From NCBI GenBank assembly GCA_043740835.1, contig JAYUBK010000015.1, forward strand, positions 44,679-108,678: a stretch of 64,000 nt of DNA. The letters are read 5' to 3'. The notes beneath the pieces were generated by a model, which saw nothing but the letters and a program-made list of their open reading frames with translations, did not search any database and was not told the DNA's origin. Positions 8,970 to 17,407 of this stretch are shown here, in pieces (position 1 is the stretch's first letter; each line of letters begins with the position of its first letter). Both the position numbers and the translations under genes were made by a program. This DNA is from Chloroflexota bacterium (GTDB lineage Bacteria; Chloroflexota; Dormibacteria; Dormibacterales; Dormibacteraceae).

Positions 8970-9778
8970 TGCCGCGCCCAGATGTCGACCTCGCTGAGTT
9001 CCGGTATTTCGGCACCGAAGAGGATGGAGGCGGTTTCCTGGAATCGATGCGGCGCGCTGGTGACGATCAACTCGTGGCTGCCCTCCTGGCCCCCGGGAGC
9101 CAGGAGGTTCGCGTGTTCGAGCTGGCGGCGGACCTTCTCGGCCGTGGTCTCGGCGGAGTCGACGAGCCGGAACGCTCCCGGAAACACACGGCCGATGGCG
9201 GGCTTCAGGAGCGGGTAGTGCGTGCAGCCGAGCACGAGGGTGTCGGCACCGAGTTGTGCGATCTCGGCGAGGTCGCGGCGAAGAGCCGCCTCGGCTCGCG
9301 GTGTGTCGGCGTCGCCCTGCTCGACGATGTCCACGAGGTCAGGGCAGGCCTTCTGAAACACGCCGATCATGGGGTTAACCTCCTTGATGGCGTGGAGATA
9401 CTCCTGGCTGGAGCGCGTGCCCTCGGTCGAAATGACCCCGACCAGGCCGTTCTTCGTCGATTCCACCGCTGCGGCAGCGCCGGGCCCGATGACCCCGATG
9501 ATCGGGAGGTCGAACTGCTCGCGGGCCTGGTTGAGAGCGGCGGCGGTGGCCGTGTTGCAGGCGATCACGACCATTTTCACGTCGCGCTCGATGAGGTAGC
9601 GGATGATGTCGAAAGCGAACTCCTTGACCTCGTTCTGGTAGCGGGGCCCGTAGGGAAAATGCTTGAGGTCGCCCAGGTAAATGGTGGCTTCGCCCGGCAG
9701 TCGGTCACGGATCTCGCGCAGGACCGTGAGCCCGCCCACGCCGGAATCAAAGATTCCTAGGGGCCTGGAATCGCCCAT
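8966..9778 (-). CDS. murI: glutamate racemase
   Basis: IGIFDSGVGGLTVLREI, ..VIACNTATA.. and ..LGCTHYPLL.. Confidence 0.95.
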   Translation of the reverse strand: MGDSRPLGIFDSGVGGLTVLREIRDRLPGEATIYLGDLKHFPYGPRYQNEVKEFAFDIIRYLIERDVKMVVIACNTATAAALNQAREQFDLPIIGVIGPGAAAAVESTKNGLVGVISTEGTRSSQEYLHAIKEVNPMIGVFQKACPDLVDIVEQGDADTPRAEAALRRDLAEIAQLGADTLVLGCTHYPLLKPAIGRVFPGAFRLVDSAETTAEKVRRQLEHANLLAPGGQEGSHELIVTSAPHRFQETASILFGAEIPELSEVDIWARQ

Positions 9779-9790
9779 GGAGCCCCGGTC

Positions 9791-10516
9791 CTAGCCGAGT
9801 GGCGTGAGGCGGTACCCGAGCCCTGGGACTGCCTCCAGCGACACCCGCGCATCCTGGCGTGAGTTCAGCTTGCGGCGCAGTCTCTGCATGTGCGGGTCGA
9901 CCGAGTGGTAGTCGACGTCGGCGAGGTAGCCCCAGACCTTTTCCAGGAGCTGGGCGCGCGTCAGAACTCGACCGGCATTCGCTGCCAGGAGGGCAAGGAG
10001 ATTGAACTCCGTCATCGTGAGCGGGATCTCGTCCTCCTCGATCTTCACGCGCCGGCTTTCGGTGTCGACCTGGACACCGCCGACGACGAGCAGGCCCTCG
10101 CGGCGGCTTGAGGAAGGGGTCGAGTCGGCGCGGCGGAGGTGTGCGCGCAGCCGCGCCGTCAGCTCCCGAGCGTCGAATGGCTTGGTCAGGTAGTCGTCGG
10201 CGCCGACCTCGAGGCCGACGACCATGTCGACTTTCGAGCTGCGGCCGGTGAGCATCACGATCGGGCAGAGCACGCCCTGGCGACGGATTTCCCGGCAGAC
10301 ATCAAGCCCGGAGATGTCTGGCAGGACCCAATCCAGGAGCACGATGTCAGGCTCGCGTGTGACCGCTGCGCGTATGCCCTGCTGGCCGTTCGCGGATTCG
10401 ATGACGTCGAAGCCCTCCCGGCGCAGGATCTCGTTGACTATTGAGCGAATAGCCGGGTCGTCCTCAATCAGGAGGACTTTCTTGCGAGGTTGACTTCCGC
10501 CCTGGCCGACGGCCAT
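9791..10516 (-). CDS. OmpR/PhoB-family response regulator (REC plus winged helix)
   Basis: KVLLIEDDPAIR.., phospho-acceptor context DIVLLDWVLPDISG, KPF, and a C-terminal ..VWGY....VDPHMQRLRRKL..GLGYRL winged helix. Confidence 0.9.
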   Translation of the reverse strand: MAVGQGGSQPRKKVLLIEDDPAIRSIVNEILRREGFDVIESANGQQGIRAAVTREPDIVLLDWVLPDISGLDVCREIRRQGVLCPIVMLTGRSSKVDMVVGLEVGADDYLTKPFDARELTARLRAHLRRADSTPSSSRREGLLVVGGVQVDTESRRVKIEEDEIPLTMTEFNLLALLAANAGRVLTRAQLLEKVWGYLADVDYHSVDPHMQRLRRKLNSRQDARVSLEAVPGLGYRLTPLG

Positions 10517-10527
10517 CTGTGCGGCTC

Positions 10528-10881
10528 CTATTGCCTTCCTGGAGGGGCGAAGCCCACGCTGCGACGCTCCTTCTGGGATTTCCGCTGGCGGCGCAGGAGA
10601 ACGACTCGGCTTTCGCCCGCGTCAACGATCTCCAGAAGGTGCCAGTTGTCAGTTGCGGCCGCGGTCAAACGCTCGACGAGCGTCTTTCCGTCAGCAACCT
10701 CGGCGACGCTGAGAACCTCCGTCCTGTACTCCCAGTCACGATCGCCGGTGCCGCCGCCGGCCATCGTCCCGGACGGCTGGGTGAGCTCGGTAACCTGTTC
10801 GTCGTCCGGATCGAAGTCGGGATCCTCGTCAGGCTCTTCGGGCAGTTGCTCCGGATCGAGCACCGCCTTGAGATCAGACAT
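10528..10881 (-). CDS. hypothetical protein, highly acidic N-terminus, DUF4177-like C-terminal half
   Basis: N-terminus DPEQLPEEPDEDPDFDPDDEQ, followed by WEYRTEVL....NWHLLEIVD...VVLLRRQ. Lies immediately upstream of the response regulator on the same strand. Confidence 0.55.
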   Translation of the reverse strand: MSDLKAVLDPEQLPEEPDEDPDFDPDDEQVTELTQPSGTMAGGGTGDRDWEYRTEVLSVAEVADGKTLVERLTAAATDNWHLLEIVDAGESRVVLLRRQRKSQKERRSVGFAPPGRQ

Positions 10882-10945
10882 CTGCTCGATTCTAACGATG
10901 ATCCCAAGTTGCCGAATGGAGGGCGGGTTCCCGGCCGAGGTATCT

Positions 10946-10964
10946 TGTGATTTCAGAAATCACA
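10946..10964. promoter_or_regulatory. perfect 9+1+9 palindrome, candidate operator
   Basis: TGTGATTTC-A-GAAATCACA ends 16 nt before the ATG at 10981, in the divergent intergenic region. Confidence 0.45.
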
Positions 10965-10980
10965 GGGGGGACTTTCCGCA

Positions 10981-11877
10981 ATGAGCTTCAGCATCGACAG
11001 GTACAAGGAAGAGTCGAAGAAGCTCGACGTCACCGGCGTCGACTTCGACCGGGCCAAGGACTACCCGCTTCACAACGGGGACCTCTTCGCGCTGCACTAC
11101 GCGATGGACATCGAGAACCACACCGCCCTCTACCTGTCGCACCTCCTGGTGACGCGCGCCTGCATGAACCCCGTCCTGACCTCCTTCCTCAGCTGCTGGG
11201 TCTACGAGGAGCTGTGGCACGGCGAGAACCTGAGCCAGTTCCTTAACTCCTATGGCATCGAGGTTGACAACTACGAGCGCGTGGCCCAGATCCGGGCTCC
11301 GCTCGGCTTGTCGAACTCGGTCTCGATCATGTCGACGATGTTCGCGAGCTGGGTCCTCGAGGACTTCGCGGCCGTATATCTGACCATCGGCGCCATCAAC
11401 GAGCTGACGACCCTAACCTCCTACGGTCAGATGATCCGCAAGACGAACAACCCCGTCCTGCAGGACCTCCTCGGCCGGATCATCAAGGATGAGCGCCGGC
11501 ACTTCGCCTTCTACTACAACAGCGCCAAGGAATGGCTCCTCGACAACCCGCGCGCGCAGGCCATCACCCGGGAGATCCTGAAGCGTTTTTGGGTGATCGT
11601 CGGCCAGGGCGTGAAGAACCAGGAGGAGGTCGACGCGCTCGGTCTCTACCTCTTCGACGACGAGGCCGGTCGCGAGGCGGCAGCGGACATCGACGCCAAG
11701 ATTCGCAAACTGCCCGGCCTGGAAAGCGTCCAGCTTGTCGCCCGGAAGCTGCAGGAGGGTGTCGAGCGCAATCGCGAGAACCCGCAGTGGGGCTGGCGAC
11801 TGATCGAAAACGAGGGCTGGGCCACACACGGTGTGAAGATCGGCGCGGAAGCGCTGCGAGGACTCAACGCGGGCTAG
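10981..11877 (+). CDS. ferritin-like di-iron carboxylate protein (acyl-ACP desaturase-like)
   Basis: Two E-x-x-H motifs at the expected spacing (VYEELWHGENL and IKDERRHFAFY). All-helical 298-aa ORF. Confidence 0.7.
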   Translation: MSFSIDRYKEESKKLDVTGVDFDRAKDYPLHNGDLFALHYAMDIENHTALYLSHLLVTRACMNPVLTSFLSCWVYEELWHGENLSQFLNSYGIEVDNYERVAQIRAPLGLSNSVSIMSTMFASWVLEDFAAVYLTIGAINELTTLTSYGQMIRKTNNPVLQDLLGRIIKDERRHFAFYYNSAKEWLLDNPRAQAITREILKRFWVIVGQGVKNQEEVDALGLYLFDDEAGREAAADIDAKIRKLPGLESVQLVARKLQEGVERNRENPQWGWRLIENEGWATHGVKIGAEALRGLNAG

Positions 11878-11910
11878 CGCGCGCCTCCACGGGAGTCACC
11901 AGGCGGGCAG

Positions 11911-12132
11911 TCAGCGCTCGGTTTCGATCTTGAGGGCGCACTCGATCGAGCAGTAGGCCCACATGCCCTTCAGCACGGGTGCCTCGTCGAGCTCGGCGGC
12001 ACAGCGAGCGCAGTAGCGTGCTCCCGGCCGGCGGTCGCCGATGCGCGTAACGCCGACGTCGGCGGCCAGCGCCGGCAACTGCATGGGATTCCGCCGCCAA
12101 TCACGCGAAACAAACTCGATATCCATAATCAC
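11911..12132 (-). CDS. small Cys-containing hypothetical protein (73 aa)
   Basis: ORF with reasonable codon bias. Contains C-x2-C ... C-x3-C (YCARCAAE ... YCSIECAL), a possible zinc ribbon. Confidence 0.4.
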   Translation of the reverse strand: MIMDIEFVSRDWRRNPMQLPALAADVGVTRIGDRRPGARYCARCAAELDEAPVLKGMWAYCSIECALKIETER

Positions 12133-12218
12133 TACACCCCCAGGTCATAGTGTGGGTGTCACTTTCCAGCCTGTCAAGGATGGAGACTTTGACTACGCGC
12201 AGGGGACCCGCGGTGTTG

Positions 12219-12301
12219 TGCGGGTGGTGGGATTCGAACCCACACGCCTTTTGGGCCCAGCTTTTTAAGAGCCGTGCGTCTGCCGATTTCGCCACACCCG
12301 C
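12219..12301 (-). tRNA. tRNA-Leu (anticodon UAA), long variable arm
   Basis: Reverse complement reads GCGGGTG-TGGCGAAATCGGCAGACGCA-CGGCT-CTTAAAA-AGCTG-GGCCCAAAAGGCGT-GTGGGTTCGAATCCCAC-CACCCGC-A. No encoded CCA. Confidence 0.85.
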
Positions 12302-12317
12302 GCGGCGCCCCGAGGCT

Positions 12318-13292
12318 TCAGAGGAAGCTTCGCGAAGCCTCGTCCAGCTGCTTCAGCGCATCCGGCGACAGCTTACGCTCGAGCGCGCGAACCGAATCCC
12401 TCAATTGCTCGGGCCTGGAGGCGCCGACGATCGGCGCCGTGACGGCGTCATTGGCAAGCATCCAGGCAAGGGCGGTCTGGGCGGGGGTCATCCCCTCCTG
12501 CTGGGCGACCGCGACAAGGCCCTCGACGACGGCGAACATCTCGTCGGACCAGTAACGGCCCTGGTACATCAGTCCATAGTCGCCCCACCCGAAACGAGAC
12601 TCCGGCGGCGGCGGCTGACCGCGGCGATACTTGCCTGTCAGGACCCCGGCGCCAAGCGGGTTGTACGGCATGACCGCCATGCCGCTCGCCTTGGCGAGGG
12701 GCAGCAGGTCACGCTCCGGCTGGCGGTAGAGGAGGTTGTAGCGCGGCTGAAGCACCGAGATCCGAGCGAGCCTGCGCTCCGCGACCAGCGCCTGCGCGAG
12801 TCCGAGTTGCCAGGCCTGGTAGTTGGAGACTCCGGCGTAGTGCACCTTCCCGGACTCGACAAGTCTGTCGAGGGCCTCGAGGGTCTCGTCGAGGGGGACG
12901 GTCTCGTCGAAATGATGCATGTAGTAGACGTCGATCGTGTCGGTCTGAAGTCGCCGCAACGATGCTTCGCAGGCCTCGAGAATGTGCTTGCGGCTGCCGC
13001 CGCGATCGTTCGGCCCGGGCCCCATCGCCCCGTTGAACTTGCTTGCCACGACGAAGCGGCCCCGCTTTCCCTTCAGCCAGCGGCCGAGAATCTCCTCGGT
13101 CCGGCCTGCGGTCTGCGGATCTGGCGGCACGGGGTACACGTCGGCCGCGTCGAGGAACGTGAACCCGAGATGAGCGGCCTCGTCAAGAACGGCGACGCTC
13201 GCCTTTTCGTCGCACTGGGCCCCGAAGACCATCGTCCCCAGGCAGAGGCGACTGACCTTGAGGCCGGTCCGGCCGGCATTGGTGACTTCCAT
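12318..13292 (-). CDS. aldo/keto reductase family oxidoreductase
   Basis: GRTGLKVSRLCLGTMVFG.., ..FLDAADVY.. and ..YYMHHFD... 324 aa. Confidence 0.9.
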   Translation of the reverse strand: MEVTNAGRTGLKVSRLCLGTMVFGAQCDEKASVAVLDEAAHLGFTFLDAADVYPVPPDPQTAGRTEEILGRWLKGKRGRFVVASKFNGAMGPGPNDRGGSRKHILEACEASLRRLQTDTIDVYYMHHFDETVPLDETLEALDRLVESGKVHYAGVSNYQAWQLGLAQALVAERRLARISVLQPRYNLLYRQPERDLLPLAKASGMAVMPYNPLGAGVLTGKYRRGQPPPPESRFGWGDYGLMYQGRYWSDEMFAVVEGLVAVAQQEGMTPAQTALAWMLANDAVTAPIVGASRPEQLRDSVRALERKLSPDALKQLDEASRSFL

Positions 13293-14161
13293 CAGAACAA
13301 CCTCCCCGAATAGTCATAGAAGCCCTTGCCCGTCTTGCGACCGAGCTCGTTCTTGTGAACCTTGTCCTTGAGGGTCCGGCTGGGCTCGTCGCCCCCTTCC
13401 AGGCGATGCCTGTCCTCGAGAACCCCATAGAAGATGTCGACTCCGCTGAAGTCGAGGAGCTCAAACGGTCCCATCGGCCAGTTCAGCCCTTTCTTGACGG
13501 CGATGTCGATGTCCTCGACACTCGCATAGCCCCCCTCGAGAAGGCGCAGGGCCTCTTCCGTTGCCGCCACGAGGACGCGGTTGACGATGAACCCGTGCAC
13601 CTCCTTATGGATCAGGACCGGAACGCGGTTGATGGTCCGCACGAACTCCATGGCTATGTCGATCGTCGCGTCGGAGGTCTCTGGCCCCTTGACGACCTCG
13701 CACAGTTGCATGACGGTGACCGGGTGAAAGAAATGCATGTTGCAGCACCTGTCGGGCCGTCCTGTCACCGCGGCAAGTCGCGATATTGCGATTGAACTTG
13801 AGTTGCTGGCGAGGATGGCGTGCCCGGGCGCAACCGCATCTAACCGTTTGAAGATGTCGACCTTCACCGCGAGGTCCTCAAAAACGGCCTCGATGACGAG
13901 GTCTGCCTGCGCGCCCGCAGCCTCCAGGTCGGCGGAATCAGCGATCGACGTCAGGGCCGTCCTGCCGGCCGACTCCTCGATACGTCCCTTCTCGACGCCG
14001 CGCGCCACCAGCCTCTCGTTCTGCGCGCGCGCAGCCTGCAACTGGCGGGCGTCGGCGTCGACGAGCGTCACCTGGTACCTGCCGCTGAGTGCCGCCTGGA
14101 GCGCGATCTGGGAACCCATCGTCCCGCCACCCACGACGACGACCCTCTTCACCTCAGTCAT
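13292..14161 (-). CDS. 3-hydroxyacyl-CoA (3-hydroxybutyryl-CoA) dehydrogenase
   Basis: Rossmann motif VVVVGGGTMGSQIA, ..ILASNSSS.., ..HFFHPV.. and ..GFIVNRVL.. Confidence 0.9.
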   Translation of the reverse strand: MTEVKRVVVVGGGTMGSQIALQAALSGRYQVTLVDADARQLQAARAQNERLVARGVEKGRIEESAGRTALTSIADSADLEAAGAQADLVIEAVFEDLAVKVDIFKRLDAVAPGHAILASNSSSIAISRLAAVTGRPDRCCNMHFFHPVTVMQLCEVVKGPETSDATIDIAMEFVRTINRVPVLIHKEVHGFIVNRVLVAATEEALRLLEGGYASVEDIDIAVKKGLNWPMGPFELLDFSGVDIFYGVLEDRHRLEGGDEPSRTLKDKVHKNELGRKTGKGFYDYSGRLF

Positions 14162-14188
14162 ACCGACCTCTCAAGATACGGACCCAAC

Positions 14189-14503
14189 ATGCGAGTGACC
14201 ATGGACCACTTCCAAGCCGCAGTTGAAGAGGCTATCGCTTCCATCCCGGAGCCGTTCCAGCCCTACCTCGAGAACACCCAGTTCGTCATCGAGAAACGCT
14301 CCCAGGACAGTCTTCTCGGCCTCTATGAAGGAGGCACGGCGATGGATTTCGGTGAGGGCCTGCCAGAACGGATCACCATCTACAAGGAATCCCACGAGGA
14401 GTCCTGCGACACCTGGGACGAACTGGTCGAGGAGGTCCGGCGGACAATCCTCCACGAGGTCGGTCACCACTTCGGAATGGAAGAGGAGGACCTGCCCTAC
14501 TAG
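14189..14503 (+). CDS. small metallopeptidase-family protein (zincin-like, DUF1025-type)
   Basis: C-terminal HExxH motif (ILHEVGHHFGMEEEDL). 104 aa. Confidence 0.75.
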   Translation: MRVTMDHFQAAVEEAIASIPEPFQPYLENTQFVIEKRSQDSLLGLYEGGTAMDFGEGLPERITIYKESHEESCDTWDELVEEVRRTILHEVGHHFGMEEEDLPY

Positions 14504-14537
14504 GCGCGACGGAGGGATGGTCATGTGATCGCACCTC

Positions 14538-15020
14538 TCACCCCCTACCCCCGAGTCGCCAGAACATCCGATCCCACAGCACCAGGGGCTCCCCGGTGCC
14601 AACCCCGCAATCCTTCACCGACCCAATCACCAGATCGTGATCCCCACCCTGAACCACCGACACGACGGAACATTCAAACCAGGCCACCGCCCCCGCAATG
14701 ATCGGCAAACCATTCGCGCCGAGGAAGTGCCCAACGTCGCTCCACGACGGATCGGCCGGCGGAGCCCGCCCCGCGAACCGATCCGCCACGAACTCCTGGG
14801 CCGCCTCCAACACCGAAACGTTGAAAACCCGCCCATCGACAACCGCGTCCCGGGTCGCAGCAAATCGATCCAGAGCAACCACGACCAGGGGCGGGTCCAA
14901 AGAGACGGCGATGAACGAAGTTGCCGTCAGTCCCCGAAACCCGCCTCGGAGTGATGAGCTGACCACCACGACGCCACCCGCATGCCGTGCGAAAGCGTCA
15001 CGGACCGACATCTCGTCCAC
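14538..15020 (-). CDS. flavin reductase family protein
   Basis: 160-aa ORF with a flavin-reductase-like domain pattern: ..GVVVVSS....GLTATSFIAVSLDPPLVVVAL.. and ..FECSVV....GDHDLVIG.. Confidence 0.85.
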   Translation of the reverse strand: MDEMSVRDAFARHAGGVVVVSSSLRGGFRGLTATSFIAVSLDPPLVVVALDRFAATRDAVVDGRVFNVSVLEAAQEFVADRFAGRAPPADPSWSDVGHFLGANGLPIIAGAVAWFECSVVSVVQGGDHDLVIGSVKDCGVGTGEPLVLWDRMFWRLGGRG

Positions 15021-15041
15021 GACCCGTAGACTAATGGCGGG

Positions 15042-15305
15042 TTGAATGACCTTCGCAGCCGAATGGTCGAGTCACCGGATGCGGCAGCCCGTCCCCTGCC
15101 CTTCCGGGACGTCTATCACTCGCATCCGTTCCTTGTCGCGGCCATCCCGGTCCTCCTCGGTCTGGGTGCATTGTCTATCGGTGCCTACCGGGGAATCGGC
15201 ATCCTCACGATCGTCGGTGCGGGAATCGCCGCTTTCGGCATCTTTATCGAATTGCTCAACACTGCCGAATGGATCTGGCGCAGAACAAGGAGGAGTCGCA
15301 CATGA
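15042..15305 (+). CDS. small two-TM membrane protein
   Basis: Two hydrophobic helices. Its TGA overlaps the ATG of the next gene (ATGA). Start uncertain (TTG 15042 or ATG 15063). Confidence 0.5.
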   Translation: MNDLRSRMVESPDAAARPLPFRDVYHSHPFLVAAIPVLLGLGALSIGAYRGIGILTIVGAGIAAFGIFIELLNTAEWIWRRTRRSRT

Positions 15306-15595
15306 ACGCCTACGTCATCGCCAACATCGACGTCACCAATCCCGACGGTTACGAGGACTACAAGGGGCGCGCGGCTGCATCGATAGCGATGCACGGCGGG
15401 CGCTACATCGCCCGGGGGGGCAAAACCGAGGTCCTGGACGGGGATGTCGAGCCGAAGCGCATCGCGCTCATCGAGTTCCCTGACATGGCGACGGCAAGGC
15501 GCTGGTATTCATCGGCGGAGTACCAGGCGGCACTGCCCCTGCGACTCCAGAACTCGATCGGCAGCGCGGTGCTCGTCGAGGGTATGCCGGACTAA
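15302..15595 (+). CDS. DUF1330 domain protein
   Basis: MNAYVIANIDVTNPDGYEDYK....IEFPDMATARRWYSSAEYQ.. is the typical DUF1330 pattern. Confidence 0.8.
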   Translation: MNAYVIANIDVTNPDGYEDYKGRAAASIAMHGGRYIARGGKTEVLDGDVEPKRIALIEFPDMATARRWYSSAEYQAALPLRLQNSIGSAVLVEGMPD

Positions 15596-15804
15596 CCTGC
15601 GACCGACTCGTCCCCGGGCCCGGAGTCCAGTTCGGCCTGTAGATCGGTCTGGCGCTGCACGAGCTTGGCGATCTCCCTGCCGACCGAGTTGGAGCCCTGC
15701 GCACCCTTCGGAATCGCTCCGTAGGCCTTGTTCAGCTCGGCGATCTTGTGGGCGATCTGCAGATGTTCGAGTCCGACCTGGCTGCGCGTCTTCTTTGCTG
15801 TCAT
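15592..15804 (-). CDS. small hypothetical protein (70 aa)
   Basis: Start taken at MTAKKTRSQV... The upstream part of the 138-aa track ORF is Arg-rich junk. Confidence 0.4.
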   Translation of the reverse strand: MTAKKTRSQVGLEHLQIAHKIAELNKAYGAIPKGAQGSNSVGREIAKLVQRQTDLQAELDSGPGDESVAG

Positions 15805-15916
15805 GACTGAACGATAGTTCCGATCGCGGGGTCGATGGAGGTTCCAGCAGCGGCGTGTCATCGACCTGATCTCAGAGCCAACCTCGAGACCGCCCCTGGC
15901 ACTAGATTCAGGCGAA

Positions 15917-16552
15917 TTGTCCTCACGCCTCAATGAGCTTCCGCGTCTCCTGCGCTCGGGCCGCCTTGCACCCCTCCTTCTGCTCGCCCTGGTGGCGGCC
16001 TGCGTCAACTCCGGCCCGGCGGCCGGTCAGGCGACCGTCCCGCCGCCTGCTCCGTCGGCGCCGGCAGTTGCGACGACTGCGCCTCCGGCGACTCTCGCCC
16101 CGGTGCAGGTCCCCGACTTCAAACTGGTGGCCTACCAGGGCGACCAGGCACTCGGAGGCCACGACGGCCACTTCGCTGCCGCGTTCACCGCCGGCAAGCC
16201 TGTCGTCCTGCTCTACTACGGAGGCCTTTGAAGCACCTGTCGGGCAGAGATGCCCGGCTTCGCCCGCGTTGCGGGTGAGTTCGACGGCAGGGTGACCTTC
16301 GTCGCGGTGGACATCGGTCCCTTTGTGGGGCTCGGCACCCATGACGACGGAATGCGTCTCCTCAAGACCACCGGGACGACCTATCCGGCCGGGTACGCCC
16401 TGGATGCCTCGGCATTGCGCCAATACGGCGTTCTCGGAACGCCGACGAGCCTTTACTTCGACCGCCATGGCGCCCTCGTGCGCAAGGTCCAGTCGGCGGT
16501 GGACGAGGGAACGCTCCGCAGCCTGGTCTCGGGGTTGGCCGCCAGCGCGTGA
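15917..16552 (+). CDS. TlpA/ResA-like thioredoxin-fold lipoprotein with in-frame UGA at the CxxC position (candidate selenoprotein, U at codon 105), otherwise a nonsense-disrupted gene
   Basis: ORFs 15917..16231 and 16250..16552 share one frame. The junction reads ..GKPVVLLYYGGL-UGA-STCRAEMPGF..VTFVAVD.., which aligns to the VVL.FWA.WC..C..EMP consensus. Lipobox LALVAAC present. ccdA follows with a GTGA overlap. Confidence 0.7.
16239..16277 (+). promoter_or_regulatory. two GC-rich hairpins just 3' of the in-frame UGA (SECIS candidates)
   Basis: GUCGGGCA-GAGA-UGCCCGGC at 16239-16258 (7 nt after UGA) and CGCCCGC-GUU-GCGGGUG at 16261-16277 (29 nt after UGA). Confidence 0.4.
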
Positions 16553-17403
16553 TCCAAATCACAGGCCGGCGTGGCCTGGCCGCCTGGCTGTTCGCGGTGG
16601 TGACCGTGCTGGCCGCCCTGATCGCGGTCCGGGCTGCCGGCGGTGCGACTGCAGTGCTCTCTTTCGAGCAACTGGTCGGTGGGCCGGCGGCCGGCCTCGG
16701 AGGGCTGGGAGCCGCGCTTCCCTTCGGCTACGCCTTCGCGGCCGGGATGCTGGCCGCGGTGAATCCGTGTGGCTTCGCGCTCCTGCCGGCCTATCTCGCG
16801 CTCTACCTGGGGTCAGCCGACGGCACGCGGGGCCGCGGGCGCCGCTTCCTGCGGGCGGCCTCGATGGCTGCGACGATGAGTGCAGCCTTCGTTCTGAGCT
16901 TTGGGGTCGCCGGGCTCGTGATCGGCGCCGGTGGGACTTTCCTGGGCCACGGCCTTCCCTTCCTGGGCCTCCTGGTCGGCGTCCTCCTGGCCGCGGCCGG
17001 CGCCTATCTCCTGGCCGGGGGAAAGATCTACGCAGCCCTGGGTGACCGGCTGGCTGCCCGGATGGCGCCTGCCGCAGCTGCCGGGGGTCTTCGTGCCTAC
17101 GCCGCCTACGGGCTTGCTTACGCCGCCGCCTCTCTTGGCTGCACCCTGCCGATCTTCCTTTCGGTGGTGGGCGTTGCCGCCGCCACGTCTGGCCCGCTCG
17201 CGACGGTTGGTCAGTTCCTGCTTTACGGAGCCGGGATGGCGGTCGTGGTCACCGCCCTCACCTTCGCCGCCGCCCTGTTCAAGACCGCGCTGCTGAGCCG
17301 CATCCGTCAGGTGGGGGCGGGACTTTTGGAGGCGATAACCGGAGTGCTCCTTGTGCTGACCGGAGCCTATGTCACGGCCTATTGGGTCACGCTGGGCTTC
17401 TGA
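16549..17403 (+). CDS. ccdA: cytochrome c biogenesis / thiol-disulfide electron transporter CcdA (DsbD TM domain family)
   Basis: Polytopic ORF with the conserved ..AAVNPCGFALLPAYL.. and a second Cys (..ASLGCTLPIF..). Confidence 0.9.
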   Translation: MIQITGRRGLAAWLFAVVTVLAALIAVRAAGGATAVLSFEQLVGGPAAGLGGLGAALPFGYAFAAGMLAAVNPCGFALLPAYLALYLGSADGTRGRGRRFLRAASMAATMSAAFVLSFGVAGLVIGAGGTFLGHGLPFLGLLVGVLLAAAGAYLLAGGKIYAALGDRLAARMAPAAAAGGLRAYAAYGLAYAAASLGCTLPIFLSVVGVAAATSGPLATVGQFLLYGAGMAVVVTALTFAAALFKTALLSRIRQVGAGLLEAITGVLLVLTGAYVTAYWVTLGF

Positions 17404-17407
17404 AGCG

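Noticed and set aside
10946-10964. CRP/FNR binding site
   Set aside because: The half-sites match TGTGA/TCACA, but the spacer is 9 nt instead of the canonical 6 nt. It is reported only as a generic operator candidate.
12150-13313. 387-aa plus-strand ORF
   Set aside because: It runs through tRNA-Leu and lies antisense to the aldo/keto reductase.
16229-16231. UGA read as Trp or Gly through an alternative genetic code
   Set aside because: TGA terminates well-defined genes in this window (folP, ccdA and several coupled GTGA/ATGA overlaps). prfB with its UGA-dependent frameshift is also present.
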